Below, piece by piece: positions 1 to 9,072 of a stretch of 64,000 bases of DNA. Numbering within the stretch: the first letter of the stretch is position 1; each line of letters opens with the position of its first letter. Below the pieces are notes generated by a model that worked only from the letters and a program-made list of their open reading frames with translations, did not search any database and was not told the DNA's origin. A program made the position numbers and the translations under genes. The DNA lies in contig CAVWIP010000014.1 in NCBI GenBank assembly GCA_963755125.1, positions 65,681 through 129,680 of the forward strand, given 5' to 3'. This stretch comes from an uncultured delta proteobacterium (GTDB taxonomy: Bacteria > Myxococcota_A > Polyangia > Fen-1088).

Positions 1-954
1 ACGGTCGCCAATCCCTACGCGACGGCGCTGGGCCCGCCGGAACTGGGCGCGGCCCGCATCAACCTGGCGCAGAGTTGCAACGGTGTCGGCTGGATGCTCG
101 GTCCTCTGCTGGGCGGGCATTTTGTCCTCTCCTCCACCGCCGAGGTCAATCGCAGCAATGCGACGCTCTATATGCCGTATCTCGGCATTGCCTTGGTGGT
201 GACGGTCTTGCTGGTCATCTTCCTGCTGTCCAAGGTGCCGGAGGTGGCAGCGACGTCCGAGCAGAATTCGGAGGGCGGGGCGGCGGACCCGGGACGCTCG
301 ATCTGGCGGCGGCCGCACTTCGTGCTGGCAGTGGCGGCGCAGTTTCTCTACGTGGCCGCGCAAACCGGCGTGTTCAGCTTCTTCATCAACTATGTCGTGT
401 CCGACATGCCCAGGCTCAGTGCTTGGGCCGCCGGGCTGTTACCTAGCGAATGGACCTACCCGAAAGACGGAGCATTTCAGATCACCGAGCGCGCAGCGTC
501 CCGGCTGCTCGCTTTCGGCGGCTTCGGGCTGTTCCTGCTCGGTCGTTTTACGGGCAGCCTGGCGCTGGGCTGGTTCAAGGCAGAGAAGACCCTCGCGCTC
601 TTCGCGGCGGTGAACGTCGTGGTCATGGGTTTGGTGATGGCGCCGCTCGGCTGGATCTCGGTGGGCGCGCTGTTTGTCAGCTTCTTCTTCATGTCGATCA
701 TGTTCCCCACCATCTTCGCGCTCGGCATCCAGGGGCTGGGCCCGCAGACCAAGAAGGCCTCCGCGTTCATCGTGATGGCCATCGTCGGTGGTGCCATCAT
801 GCCCATGCTGATGGGTTGGTTTGCCGACGTCACCTCCATGCGCGTCGCCTTCGTGGTGCCTCTGTTTTGTTTCGCGGGGATCGCTGGCTACGGCGGGCTG
901 TGGCCGCGCCTGGCTGCAGGTGGCGCGGGCGGCGCATTGGCAGAGCGGCGATAG
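1..954 (+). CDS. MFS sugar permease of the L-fucose:H+ symporter (FucP/GluP) family; 5' end lies outside the window
   Basis: The frame is open from nt 1 ([31 protein letters not shown]...) and runs into listed ORF 94..954. The product is a hydrophobic multi-TM protein. The NP...LGP....R.NLAQ..N..G segment resembles E. coli FucP. The gene lies directly upstream of a GH95 fucosidase. Confidence 0.8.
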   Translation, partial: TVANPYATALGPPELGAARINLAQSCNGVGWMLGPLLGGHFVLSSTAEVNRSNATLYMPYLGIALVVTVLLVIFLLSKVPEVAATSEQNSEGGAADPGRSIWRRPHFVLAVAAQFLYVAAQTGVFSFFINYVVSDMPRLSAWAAGLLPSEWTYPKDGAFQITERAASRLLAFGGFGLFLLGRFTGSLALGWFKAEKTLALFAAVNVVVMGLVMAPLGWISVGALFVSFFFMSIMFPTIFALGIQGLGPQTKKASAFIVMAIVGGAIMPMLMGWFADVTSMRVAFVVPLFCFAGIAGYGGLWPRLAAGGAGGALAERR

Positions 955-1021
955 GCTACCGCGTGCGCCATTGTCGGAATGCGAATTGGGCCATGCAGGA
1001 CCTGCCGAGAAAGGGGTTGCC

Positions 1022-3424
1022 GTGAAACTGCACGCTTCGCTCATGACCGCCGCTATCGCGATCGAGGCAGGCTCACCTGCCAGCGCCGAGACCGCTTACA
1101 AGATTCCTGCATTCAGCGGCCAGCTTGTCGGCCAATCCTCGGCGCCCGCGGAGCCGCTGTCGCTCTGGTACCGGCGACCAGCCATCGAGTGGGAACAGGC
1201 ATTGCCAGTCGGCAACGGCCGATTGGGCGCCATGGTCTTCGGTGGCATCGTGCAGGAACACCTCACTTTGAACGAAGACACGCTGTGGAGCGGAGGGCCC
1301 TACGACCCAACCAATCGCGAGGCACTCTCGGCGCTGCCCCAGGTGCGCGCGTTGATTTTCGCAGGTAAGTACCGCGAGGCACACAAACTGGTGGAAGCAA
1401 AGATGATGGCTCGGCCACTCTGGCAGGCTGCCTACCAGCCTGTCGGAAGTCTGCTGCTGACCTTTCCCGAGGTCGCCGCGGTGGACAATTACCGGCGCGA
1501 TCTCGACCTGGACAGAGCCATCGCGCGCGTCAGCTACCAGGTCAATGGCGTCCATTTCGTGCGCGAGGTTTTCGCGAGCCCGGTCGATCAGGTGATCGTG
1601 GTGCGGCTGTCAGCGGACAAGCCGGGCCAGATCGGGTTTTCCGCGCGTCTCGCCACGCCGCAGACCGGGACGGTGACGACCACAACCGACGACACCCTGG
1701 TCTTGGCCGGGCGCAATGGCAAGAGCCCGGCAGGCCCCGGTCAACTGAAGTTTCAGGCGCGCGTGCGGGTGGCCGCGCTCGGTGGAAAGACAACAGTTGG
1801 CAAAGATGTGATCAGCGTCGCAGGCGCGGACTCGGCCACTTTGCTGGTGGCCATGGCCACCAGTTTCAAGAGCTACAAGGATGTCTCGGGCGATCCCGAG
1901 GCGCAGAGCACGCGCCAACTGGTGGCTGCCGCCGCGAAGTCCTACCAGGATCTGCGCGGGGCCCACATTGCCGAGCATCAGCGGTTGTTCCGCCGTGTGA
2001 CCCTCGATTTGGGGACCGGCCAGGCGGCGCGCTTGCCGACCGATGAACGATTGCTCGCTTTCGGAAAAGGGAACGATCCCCAATTCGCCGCGCTCTACTT
2101 TCAGTTTGGCCGCTACTTGCTCATCTCCAGTTCGCGGCCGGGCGGACAGCCCGCCAACCTGCAGGGACTGTGGAACCATCACATGGAGCCGCCTTGGGGC
2201 AGCAAGTACACCATCAACATCAACACCGAGATGAACTACTGGCCGGCCGAGACGACCAATCTGAGTGAGTGTAGTGAACCCCTGTTCCGCCTGATTGAAG
2301 AATTGTCCGAGACCGGAAGCCGCACCGCCAAGGTTCACTACGCCGCGCGCGGCTGGGTCGCGCATCACAACACCGATCTGTGGCGTGCATCGGCGCCCAT
2401 CGACGGCCCGACCTGGGGCATGTGGCCGATGGGCGGGGCGTGGCTGTCGCTGCACCTGTGGCAGCACTATCTCTTCAATCCTGACCCGAGTTTTCTGGCC
2501 AAGGTCTATCCGCTCATGCGCGGGGCTGCGCAATTCTTCCTGGACACGCTCATACCGGAGCCCAAGCACGGCTATCTGGTGAACAATCCGTCGCTGTCAC
2601 CCGAAAACGAGCACCCATACGGGGCCAGCGTGGTGGCGGGCCCGACCATGGACGCGCAGATCCTACGGGATCTGTTTGCCGCGTGTATTCGCGCTGCGGA
2701 GATCCTGGGCGTCGATGCAGAGCTGCGTGAGCAAATGGCCGCGACGCGCGGGCGTTTGCCGCCCAATCGGATCGGGGCGCAGGGGCAATTGCAAGAATGG
2801 CTCGAAGATTGGGACCAGGCCGCGCCCGAGATCCACCATCGGCATGTCTCGCATCTCTGGGGCCTTTTCCCTAGCACGCAGATTTCCCTGCGCGACACAC
2901 CGGCCTTGGCCGCGGCCGCGCGACGCTCGCTGGAAATGCGCGGCGACGACGCCACGGGGTGGGGTCTGGCGTGGCGGTCTGCCCTGTGGGCGCGCCTGCA
3001 CGACGGTGAGCACGCGTACAAGATCTTCACGGCTTTGCTGCAGCCCGAGCACACCTATCCCAATCTCTTCGATAGCTGTCCGCCCTTCCAGATCGACGGC
3101 AATTTCGGCGGGACCGCGGCTATCGCCGAGTTGCTGCTGCAGAGCCGCAACGGCGAGATCGAGTTGTTGCCCGCGCTGCCCGCCGCCTGGTCCGCCGGTG
3201 CGGTGAGAGGGCTGCGCGCGCAGGGTGGATTTGAAGTCGACATTCGCTGGAAACGCAAGCAACTGGAGAGCGCTACCCTGCGCAGCCACGTCGGCGGAAA
3301 GGCCGTGGTCCGCTACGATGATCGCCAGCAGACAGTCGAATTGGCGGCAGGCAAGAGCAAGACACTTTCGATGAAATCCTTTGCGACACGGCTTCCTGAT
3401 GGGACGAAGGGGAATCCACAATGA
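1022..3424 (+). CDS. Glycoside hydrolase family 95 alpha-L-fucosidase, secreted
   Basis: [44 protein letters not shown] is the canonical GH95 N-terminal signature, and the mature part is about 800 aa. I chose the GTG at 1022 ([22 protein letters not shown], signal-like) rather than 821, which overlaps the permease gene. The start is uncertain. Confidence 0.85.
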   Translation: MKLHASLMTAAIAIEAGSPASAETAYKIPAFSGQLVGQSSAPAEPLSLWYRRPAIEWEQALPVGNGRLGAMVFGGIVQEHLTLNEDTLWSGGPYDPTNREALSALPQVRALIFAGKYREAHKLVEAKMMARPLWQAAYQPVGSLLLTFPEVAAVDNYRRDLDLDRAIARVSYQVNGVHFVREVFASPVDQVIVVRLSADKPGQIGFSARLATPQTGTVTTTTDDTLVLAGRNGKSPAGPGQLKFQARVRVAALGGKTTVGKDVISVAGADSATLLVAMATSFKSYKDVSGDPEAQSTRQLVAAAAKSYQDLRGAHIAEHQRLFRRVTLDLGTGQAARLPTDERLLAFGKGNDPQFAALYFQFGRYLLISSSRPGGQPANLQGLWNHHMEPPWGSKYTININTEMNYWPAETTNLSECSEPLFRLIEELSETGSRTAKVHYAARGWVAHHNTDLWRASAPIDGPTWGMWPMGGAWLSLHLWQHYLFNPDPSFLAKVYPLMRGAAQFFLDTLIPEPKHGYLVNNPSLSPENEHPYGASVVAGPTMDAQILRDLFAACIRAAEILGVDAELREQMAATRGRLPPNRIGAQGQLQEWLEDWDQAAPEIHHRHVSHLWGLFPSTQISLRDTPALAAAARRSLEMRGDDATGWGLAWRSALWARLHDGEHAYKIFTALLQPEHTYPNLFDSCPPFQIDGNFGGTAAIAELLLQSRNGEIELLPALPAAWSAGAVRGLRAQGGFEVDIRWKRKQLESATLRSHVGGKAVVRYDDRQQTVELAAGKSKTLSMKSFATRLPDGTKGNPQ

Positions 3425-3738
3425 ACCGATCGAACCCACTGTGTGCGATGGGCATTGGCGCCGCGCTGGTCCTCGTCGCGAATCCGCCAGCGGCTTTCGC
3501 CACGGTCCGGGTCGCCACACTCATCGGAAGTCACATGATGGTCCAGCGGAACCGGCCGATCCGGCTGTGGGGGACAGCCGCCCCGGGCGAGTCGGTTCGG
3601 GCCACGCTGGCTGGCGGGAAGGCGGCGAAGCAGGCGGATATCGGCCCCCCGAACACCCTGAGAAACCAGGCCGACCTGCCGGCGGCGCCGTTTCGTAGCG
3701 ACGAGTGGCCAGCCCCCTCGTCCGACGCGGGACCGTGA
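3421..3738 (+). pseudogene. N-terminal stub of a sialate O-acetylesterase-like (SGNH/DUF303-type) gene
   Basis: ATGA start/stop overlap with the GH95 gene. A signal peptide is followed by ATLIGSHMMVQRNRPIRLWGTAAPGESVRATLAG, which resembles the conserved LFSDHMVLQR..PVPVWG.A.PGE.V.V start of these esterases. The ORF stops after 105 aa and no catalytic domain follows. Confidence 0.5.
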
Positions 3739-3798
3739 CGAAAGCCGGGATCACGGTCATACGGAATTCGACGTCACGATCCAAAGGGAAGCTTATCT

Positions 3799-5709
3799 TT
3801 GGGCCGAGCATGCGGCACGATGGCACGTGCAGGATTGAGCATGGCAACCCCACTTGATTCACGTCTGCAAAGGCGAGTTGACGACCAACTCCGTCTGGCG
3901 CAGCAGGCGCGGTTGCTGTCACCCGATACGGCGGCCCCGTATTTTTCGCACATGCGGCTGGAGACGGACGGCCGGGTTCGCGACGTGTTGCTGGGTCCGC
4001 AGACGCGAACTGGCGGCGGTTTGGTCATCATCGACTGGCGAGATGCACCGCTGGCCGAGGTCTTTTTTTCATGCGCCGAGGGCGACGACTACGAGATCGA
4101 GGTCGGCGAGCGCACCCTGACCGGCACGCTCACCGAGCGCAATCTGGTCGGTTTTTCGCACGGCGAGCTTGACGAAATCGAGTGCCCCGAAGGGCGACTC
4201 CGATCCCAAGACGGTGAGTGGCAGGTTGAGGCAGCGCGCAGCCTCGGGCTGGCGCTGCGGCCCGAGGCTGCACGCCTGCGCTCCAGCTCACCCGCGGACG
4301 TGGTGCTGGATGCAGCCCAGCGACGAATCGTCGAGCTGCCAGCCGGAAAGCCGGTGCTGCTCTTGGGCGAGGCGGGATTCGGCAAGACCACGGTGGCTCT
4401 GCATCGGCTGGCGCATCTGCGACAGCGGACCGAACCCGGGCTGCGCGCCGCCGTTATTGTGCCCACCGAGGGCTTGCGCCGTCTTTCGGCCGCGCTGCTC
4501 GAAAGACTGGGAGCGGGCGGCGTCGAGGTCTGGCTGTACGATCGCTGGGCAGGGGCCGAGGCCCGGCGCGCCTTTCACAAGCTGCCCGAGCGCGAAAGCC
4601 AGGACGCCAGCGCCGGGGTCATCCGCATCAAGCGCGATCCGGCGCTGCGGGGTGTGCTGGCGGAGTTGGCGGCGAAATCGGCCACCCGGCCGCGTGGCGG
4701 GCGACGGACGCGGCGGCGGGATCTGCTGCACCTCTTTGGGGACCGCGTGCTGATGCAGAAGCTGGCTGCAGCTTCCCAGCAGGGTATTGGCGCGGGTATG
4801 GTGGCCGAGATCCTGGAGCACACGCACGTGCAGTTCAGCAACACCGCCGAGGAGGAATTCGAGCACGTGGACGCTGAGCGTTTGCTGACCGTGGACGGTC
4901 GGCCCATCGACGACGGCACACCCATGGAGGATGCGGGCACCCTGGATACCGAGGACTACGCCGTGCTGTTCGAGATGGATCGGCTGCGAGCCGAGCGCGC
5001 GGGCGAGCGGCCAGCGCAGCCGCGCGCGTACGACTGCCTGGTGCTGGACGAGGCGCAGGAGTTTGCCCCGCTGGAACTGGCACTGATGGGCCGTGCGCTG
5101 GCGCCGGGTGGTAGTTTGATCGTCGCGGGGGATGCGGACCAGCAGGTGGATTCCACGGCGTGTTTTTCCGGCTGGGCCGGGAGCATGGCCGAGCTGGGGT
5201 GCGCTGCCTACGAGACCGCCGTGCTGGAGATCAGCTACCGCTGCCCGCCAGACGTGACTGAGCTGGCCCGGCGAATCCTCGACGGTGGCAATGTGTGTTG
5301 GCCGCCCGGGCCGGCGACGGTGTGCAGGGAATTCGCCAACCAGTGCCACCAGGCCGATTGGCTGACCCGCGAGCTGCGCACGCTGCAGACCAGCGATGCG
5401 CGAGCGTCGGCGGCCATCATCTGTCGCACGCGCGAGGCAGCTCGGCGCATGGCCCAGCACCTGCGGCGCGGGCTGGGCTTGCGACTGGCACTGGACGGCG
5501 ACTATCAATTCGTGGGCGGCATCAACGTCACCAGCGTGCAGGAAGCCAAGGGACTCGAGTTCGACTACGTGGTGATCCCTGATGCCTCGGCTGCGGTCTA
5601 TCCCGCCACGCCCGTCGGCCGTCGCGCCTTGTACGTGGCGGTCACGCGCGCCTCGCACCAGCTAGTCCTATCCACCGTCGGGCCGTGGACGCAGATGTTA
5701 GGCCACTAG
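3799..5709 (+). CDS. UvrD/HelD-like superfamily 1 DNA helicase
   Basis: Walker A is GEAGFGKTT and motif II is CLVLDEAQEF. C-terminal motifs are VQEAKGLEFDYVVI and ALYVAVTRASHQLVL. The N-terminal VIIDWRDAPLAEVFF resembles the HelD (helicase IV) N-terminal motif. The start could be 3799, 3820 or 3841. Confidence 0.75.
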   Translation: MGRACGTMARAGLSMATPLDSRLQRRVDDQLRLAQQARLLSPDTAAPYFSHMRLETDGRVRDVLLGPQTRTGGGLVIIDWRDAPLAEVFFSCAEGDDYEIEVGERTLTGTLTERNLVGFSHGELDEIECPEGRLRSQDGEWQVEAARSLGLALRPEAARLRSSSPADVVLDAAQRRIVELPAGKPVLLLGEAGFGKTTVALHRLAHLRQRTEPGLRAAVIVPTEGLRRLSAALLERLGAGGVEVWLYDRWAGAEARRAFHKLPERESQDASAGVIRIKRDPALRGVLAELAAKSATRPRGGRRTRRRDLLHLFGDRVLMQKLAAASQQGIGAGMVAEILEHTHVQFSNTAEEEFEHVDAERLLTVDGRPIDDGTPMEDAGTLDTEDYAVLFEMDRLRAERAGERPAQPRAYDCLVLDEAQEFAPLELALMGRALAPGGSLIVAGDADQQVDSTACFSGWAGSMAELGCAAYETAVLEISYRCPPDVTELARRILDGGNVCWPPGPATVCREFANQCHQADWLTRELRTLQTSDARASAAIICRTREAARRMAQHLRRGLGLRLALDGDYQFVGGINVTSVQEAKGLEFDYVVIPDASAAVYPATPVGRRALYVAVTRASHQLVLSTVGPWTQMLGH

Positions 5710-5785
5710 TGCCGGACTTGCGGTGCGGGACGTACCGGTCGGACCCTGCACCAAGAGGAAGGCGCGCGAACCTGCTGGCTATCGT

Positions 5786-7051
5786 CTACTGGGTGATCGC
5801 GGTCAGTCCTTCGATACAGAAGTCCCAGGGCACCGCTGTCGGAGGAGCAGCCGGGATCTGGAACTGAAGAAGGATGATCGTGGTGGGATCCCAGGTTTCC
5901 TTGGTCTCCCACGTTGCTTGTCCAAATGTCGGGTCCGTGAAGAGAACGGTGTGCTGCCCCATCGTGGTGACCGCCTCGAAATAGGCATTGTCGTTGTTGT
6001 TCTGTGTGGTGAACGCGACCCGGAGGCCGGTTGATGGGGGGATCTTTGTTCCCGTCAACTGGAAACAGAATCCTTTGACCCCGTGCGAGGTCGCATTGTA
6101 CGGTTGCTGCCCACCAGTGTCGTTCAACTCGAACCCGAGGCCGGCACCCCACGCGTTTGTGGCCGTTCCGGTCGATCCCGACGTACACATGTTGCCGCCG
6201 ACATTCGGGAAGCTTGTGGTCGTGGCAGGAGCGGTTACGGTCGAGCAGCCAACATTCTTTAGATCGACGCAGTCGCTATAATAGAACCAGTTGCCATTGA
6301 TCCCGGTGGTCCCAACGGAACCCAGGGCCACGTGGCCCGTGGCGTCTGGGATGATCGGGATACCCGGACAGCCGGTCCCGGTGCCTGTCGAGCCAGCGGC
6401 CGCAGTTGAGCCAGCGGCCGCAGTTGAGCCAGCGGCTGCAGTCGAGCCACCGGCCGCGGTTGAGCCAGCGGCCGCAGTTGAGCCCCCGGCCGGGGGGGAG
6501 CCCCCGTTTGCCGTCGAGCCACCGTTGGCAGTGGATCTCCCATTTGCCGTCGAGCCGCCGTTGGCAGTGGAGCCCCCGTTTGTCGTCGAGCCGCCGTTTG
6601 CGGTCGAACCACCGTTGGAAGTGGAGCCGCCGTTTGCCGTCGAGCCACCGTTGGAAGTGGAGCCGCCGTTTGCCGTCGAGCCACCGTTGGAAGTGGAGCC
6701 ACCGTTGGAAGTGGAGCCACCGTTAGAAGTGGAGCCACCGTTGGAAGTGGAGCCACCGTTGGAAGTCGAGCCGCCGTTGGAGGTGGCTCCACCATTTGCC
6801 GTCGAGCCACCATTCGCGGTCGAACCGCTGTTGGAAGTGGAGCCACCGTTTGCCGTCGAGCCACGGTTTGCGGTCGAGCCACCGTTGGAAGTGGAGCCGC
6901 CGACGCTAGCGTTGCCCCCTGCGCCACCATTCCCGCCATCTTCTTTGCCGCTAGCGCAACCCGCAAGCAGCAGGCCTGCCAGGCCGATGGTCGCCAAGGA
7001 ATACGTCAAGGCACCGCCTTGACCACGACTGGTGATGCACATTCTTAGCAT
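5786..7051 (-). CDS. Secreted lipoprotein with about 29 tandem GGST(S/A)N hexapeptides and a C-terminal beta-rich, possibly carbohydrate-binding domain
   Basis: Lipobox LLLAGC lies near the N-terminus. A long G-G-S-T-x-N repeat run ends in GSTAAA units. The roughly 195-aa C-terminal domain is rich in W/F/T/N (…WDFCIEGLTAITQ) and is visibly AT-richer than the rest of the gene. Confidence 0.7.
   Translation of the reverse strand: MLRMCITSRGQGGALTYSLATIGLAGLLLAGCASGKEDGGNGGAGGNASVGGSTSNGGSTANRGSTANGGSTSNSGSTANGGSTANGGATSNGGSTSNGGSTSNGGSTSNGGSTSNGGSTSNGGSTANGGSTSNGGSTANGGSTSNGGSTANGGSTTNGGSTANGGSTANGRSTANGGSTANGGSPPAGGSTAAAGSTAAGGSTAAAGSTAAAGSTAAAGSTGTGTGCPGIPIIPDATGHVALGSVGTTGINGNWFYYSDCVDLKNVGCSTVTAPATTTSFPNVGGNMCTSGSTGTATNAWGAGLGFELNDTGGQQPYNATSHGVKGFCFQLTGTKIPPSTGLRVAFTTQNNNDNAYFEAVTTMGQHTVLFTDPTFGQATWETKETWDPTTIILLQFQIPAAPPTAVPWDFCIEGLTAITQ
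6373..6901 (-). repeat. 18-bp in-frame coding tandem repeat array (GGSTxN units)
   Basis: The plus strand shows repeated ccaccgttggaagtggag / ccgccgtttgccgtcgag type 18-mers. Boundaries were estimated from the protein repeat positions (about aa 51-226). Confidence 0.8.
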
Positions 7052-7174
7052 GTCGTGCTTCTAACACCGCCGCGCGCGGAACGGAACGTCAAAACGATCG
7101 CAGCGGCAATGACGAACCACAGCTTGTGGCGTACACTGGCTTCTGCAGTGTCTTCGTGCAAGGAGCGAGAAAGC

Positions 7175-8287
7175 ATGGCGCGCAGGGAAGACCGTGCCCG
7201 TATCGAAATAGCGTTCTGTCTTATGCGACGTTGGTGGGCTCTGGCCGTGGGCCTGTTCCCGGGAATTGTCATTCTTGGTGTCGCTGGATGTTCCGGAGCC
7301 AACCGATGCGTTCCGGGCGCCAGCGTCGAGTGCTCGTGCCCAAACGGCCGGCGCAGCGCCCAGGTGTGTGCGCCTGAAGGGACGTTCCTGCCGTGTCAGT
7401 GCTTTGGACTTGCGGTCACGCCTCCAGCCAATCATGCGCCCGAACCGACCCCGCCGCCGCCACGCGACGCCTCCCCGCCTGGCCTGGAGTGCCCGGAGAA
7501 CCAGGTGCCCATCCCAGGCGGGACCTTTTGGATGGGGGACCAGGACTTGGACAAGTCGAAGCCGGTACACAAGGTGGCGCTTTCGCCCTACTGCATAGAT
7601 AAGACGGAGGTGACAGTCGCTGCCTATCGTGCCTGCGTGCAGGCAGGCATCTGCCCGCCCGCCAGTGCGACAGTCGACTGGAAGGGCGTGAAGCCCGAAG
7701 ACAAGACGAAATGGAGTCAGTTCTGCACCTGGGGCAAGCGCGGTTTTGATCGGCACCCCATTAATTGTGTGGATTGGACCCAGGCCAACGCGTATTGTGC
7801 CTCGACCGGTGGTCGCCTACCTACCGAGGCTGAATGGGAATATGCGGCTCGCGGCAGCGACGGTCGCAGCTATCCGTGGGGCAACAAGCCCCCGGATGCG
7901 ACCAGGCTGAATGCCTGTGGCAGCGAGTGCGCATCGATGGCGCAGCAACGGTTGGAGGCGACCTGGACGCCGATGTACACGGGCGATGACGGCTGGCCAG
8001 CCACGGCCCCGGTGGGCAGGTATCCCAAGGGTGCCAGCCCCTTCGGTGTGTTGGACATGGCGGGGAACGTCCAGGAATGGACCGCTGATGCCTTTGCCGA
8101 CTACAACTCGGATCCCGTCACCAACCCACGACGATCCAGCAGCGACGAGTCGCCCCGCGTGATCCGCGGCGGGAGCTGGATCAGCGAGGTCGCTGACAAG
8201 ATGCGCGCGACCTTCCGCTCTGGTTTCGTCCCTGGTTACCGCATCAACAGCCTCGGGTTTCGCTGCGCACGCGGGGAAAGAATCTAG
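7175..8287 (+). CDS. Formylglycine-generating-enzyme (SUMF1/FGE-sulfatase) domain lipoprotein with a Cys-rich N-terminal module
   Basis: FGE-domain motifs seen: IPGGTFWMGD, VTVAAYRACV, NCVDWTQANAYCASTGGRLPTEAEWEYAARG, GNVQEWTAD, RVIRGGSW and LGFRCAR. Lipobox ILGVAGC is present. The start is 7175 or 7223. Confidence 0.85.
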   Translation: MARREDRARIEIAFCLMRRWWALAVGLFPGIVILGVAGCSGANRCVPGASVECSCPNGRRSAQVCAPEGTFLPCQCFGLAVTPPANHAPEPTPPPPRDASPPGLECPENQVPIPGGTFWMGDQDLDKSKPVHKVALSPYCIDKTEVTVAAYRACVQAGICPPASATVDWKGVKPEDKTKWSQFCTWGKRGFDRHPINCVDWTQANAYCASTGGRLPTEAEWEYAARGSDGRSYPWGNKPPDATRLNACGSECASMAQQRLEATWTPMYTGDDGWPATAPVGRYPKGASPFGVLDMAGNVQEWTADAFADYNSDPVTNPRRSSSDESPRVIRGGSWISEVADKMRATFRSGFVPGYRINSLGFRCARGERI

Positions 8288-8345
8288 GCATCTGTCGTTG
8301 TCGGGTCACGGCCTTTACCGGACCCGACATGGCCACTCACGTGGA

Positions 8346-8939
8346 TCACGGGGGCGAAGACGCGCCTCTGAGGATTTCCGGGTCTTTCGGCAGGCCTCCC
8401 CTCCACGCCAGGACGGTGGCAGCCGTATCCACCAGGCCCATGGTCACGAACAGCGCCGTGAAGGAACAGTACGCCACGATGGCTCCACCGAGGAGGGCCG
8501 CGGCGCCTGCAATCAGGTGCGTGCCTCCGGACCAGATCGACCAATGCCTGGCCGAGGAATGCTCGATGGCGTCGGTGAATAGTGAGTCCCAGGCCGGCTC
8601 GATCAGTCCCGTCGCCAGCCCGGCGATGACCTGCGCAGCGAAAAGCTGCCACCGGTTTTGCACGAAGATGTACGAGATGTCGCAACACGCCGACCCAAGG
8701 AACCCAAGTACCAGGAACGTCCTGACGTGTTGCTGAAAGCACGGCCGCGTGCCTATCAGACTGACGAAGGCTCCGGTGGCCATGGAGAAGCAAGCAAAGG
8801 CGATGCCGGCATCGAGGATGCTGCCTCCGACGCTCTCGGTGAAGGCAGCATACATCGGCACCAGCATCGACTCGGCGAAGGTGGTGAGAAAACTGATGGT
8901 GACCAGCAGGCGCCGTTGTCGAGAGAGAGAACTCAGCAT
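8346..8939 (-). CDS. Half-size (about 6 TM, 197 aa) MFS-like membrane protein, possibly a truncated transporter
   Basis: Hydrophobic protein with about six TM segments (MLSSLSRQRRLLVTISFLTTFAESMLVPMYAAF...). It ends right after the sixth TM and is convergent with the FGE gene. There is no second six-TM half. Confidence 0.45.
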   Translation of the reverse strand: MLSSLSRQRRLLVTISFLTTFAESMLVPMYAAFTESVGGSILDAGIAFACFSMATGAFVSLIGTRPCFQQHVRTFLVLGFLGSACCDISYIFVQNRWQLFAAQVIAGLATGLIEPAWDSLFTDAIEHSSARHWSIWSGGTHLIAGAAALLGGAIVAYCSFTALFVTMGLVDTAATVLAWRGGLPKDPEILRGASSPP

Positions 8940-9072
8940 GAATGATCCGCAGCGGGGCGGCGGGCGGACCCTAACACTTGCGGGCCCATTACGCACCCTT
9001 TCGCTGGATGCCTACCCCTGGCGGTCTGGTGTAGAGTCCATCGTGCCCTTGCCGCCTGAAGCAAGAAAGGAA

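Noticed and set aside
821-1021. N-terminal 67 codons of listed ORF 821-3424.
   Set aside because: This stretch overlaps the 3' end of the permease gene and encodes non-signal-like sequence. GTG 1022 gives a plausible signal peptide directly before the GH95 domain.
4288-5658. 456-aa minus-strand ORF.
   Set aside because: It is fully antisense to the helicase gene, which has a complete SF1 motif set. Its Arg/Gly/Ala/Pro-rich composition is typical of shadow ORFs in very GC-rich DNA.
6373-6901. Possible CRISPR array; also considered for 31170-31517 and 19461-20633.
   Set aside because: The repeats are contiguous with no unique spacers, are in-frame multiples of 3 inside ORFs with signal peptides, and no cas genes are present in the window.
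6259-7022. Alternative-frame ORFs across the hexapeptide array (6259-6966 minus, 6291-7022 plus, 6406-6726 plus).
   Set aside because: An 18-bp tandem repeat keeps all frames open. Only the 5786-7051 frame has a lipoprotein signal and a non-repetitive C-terminal domain.
7175-8287. Diversity-generating retroelement target, since the FGE/C-type-lectin fold is a common DGR variable protein.
   Set aside because: There is no reverse transcriptase gene and no template/variable repeat pair near the 3' end of the gene in this window.
8749-9072. Upstream extension of the ligase ORF, including the ATG at 8938 that shares the CATG with the divergent MFS-like start.
   Set aside because: The extension is antisense to the MFS-like gene and lacks similarity to PaaK N-termini. 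ATG 9073 has a good SD and gives the expected protein length.
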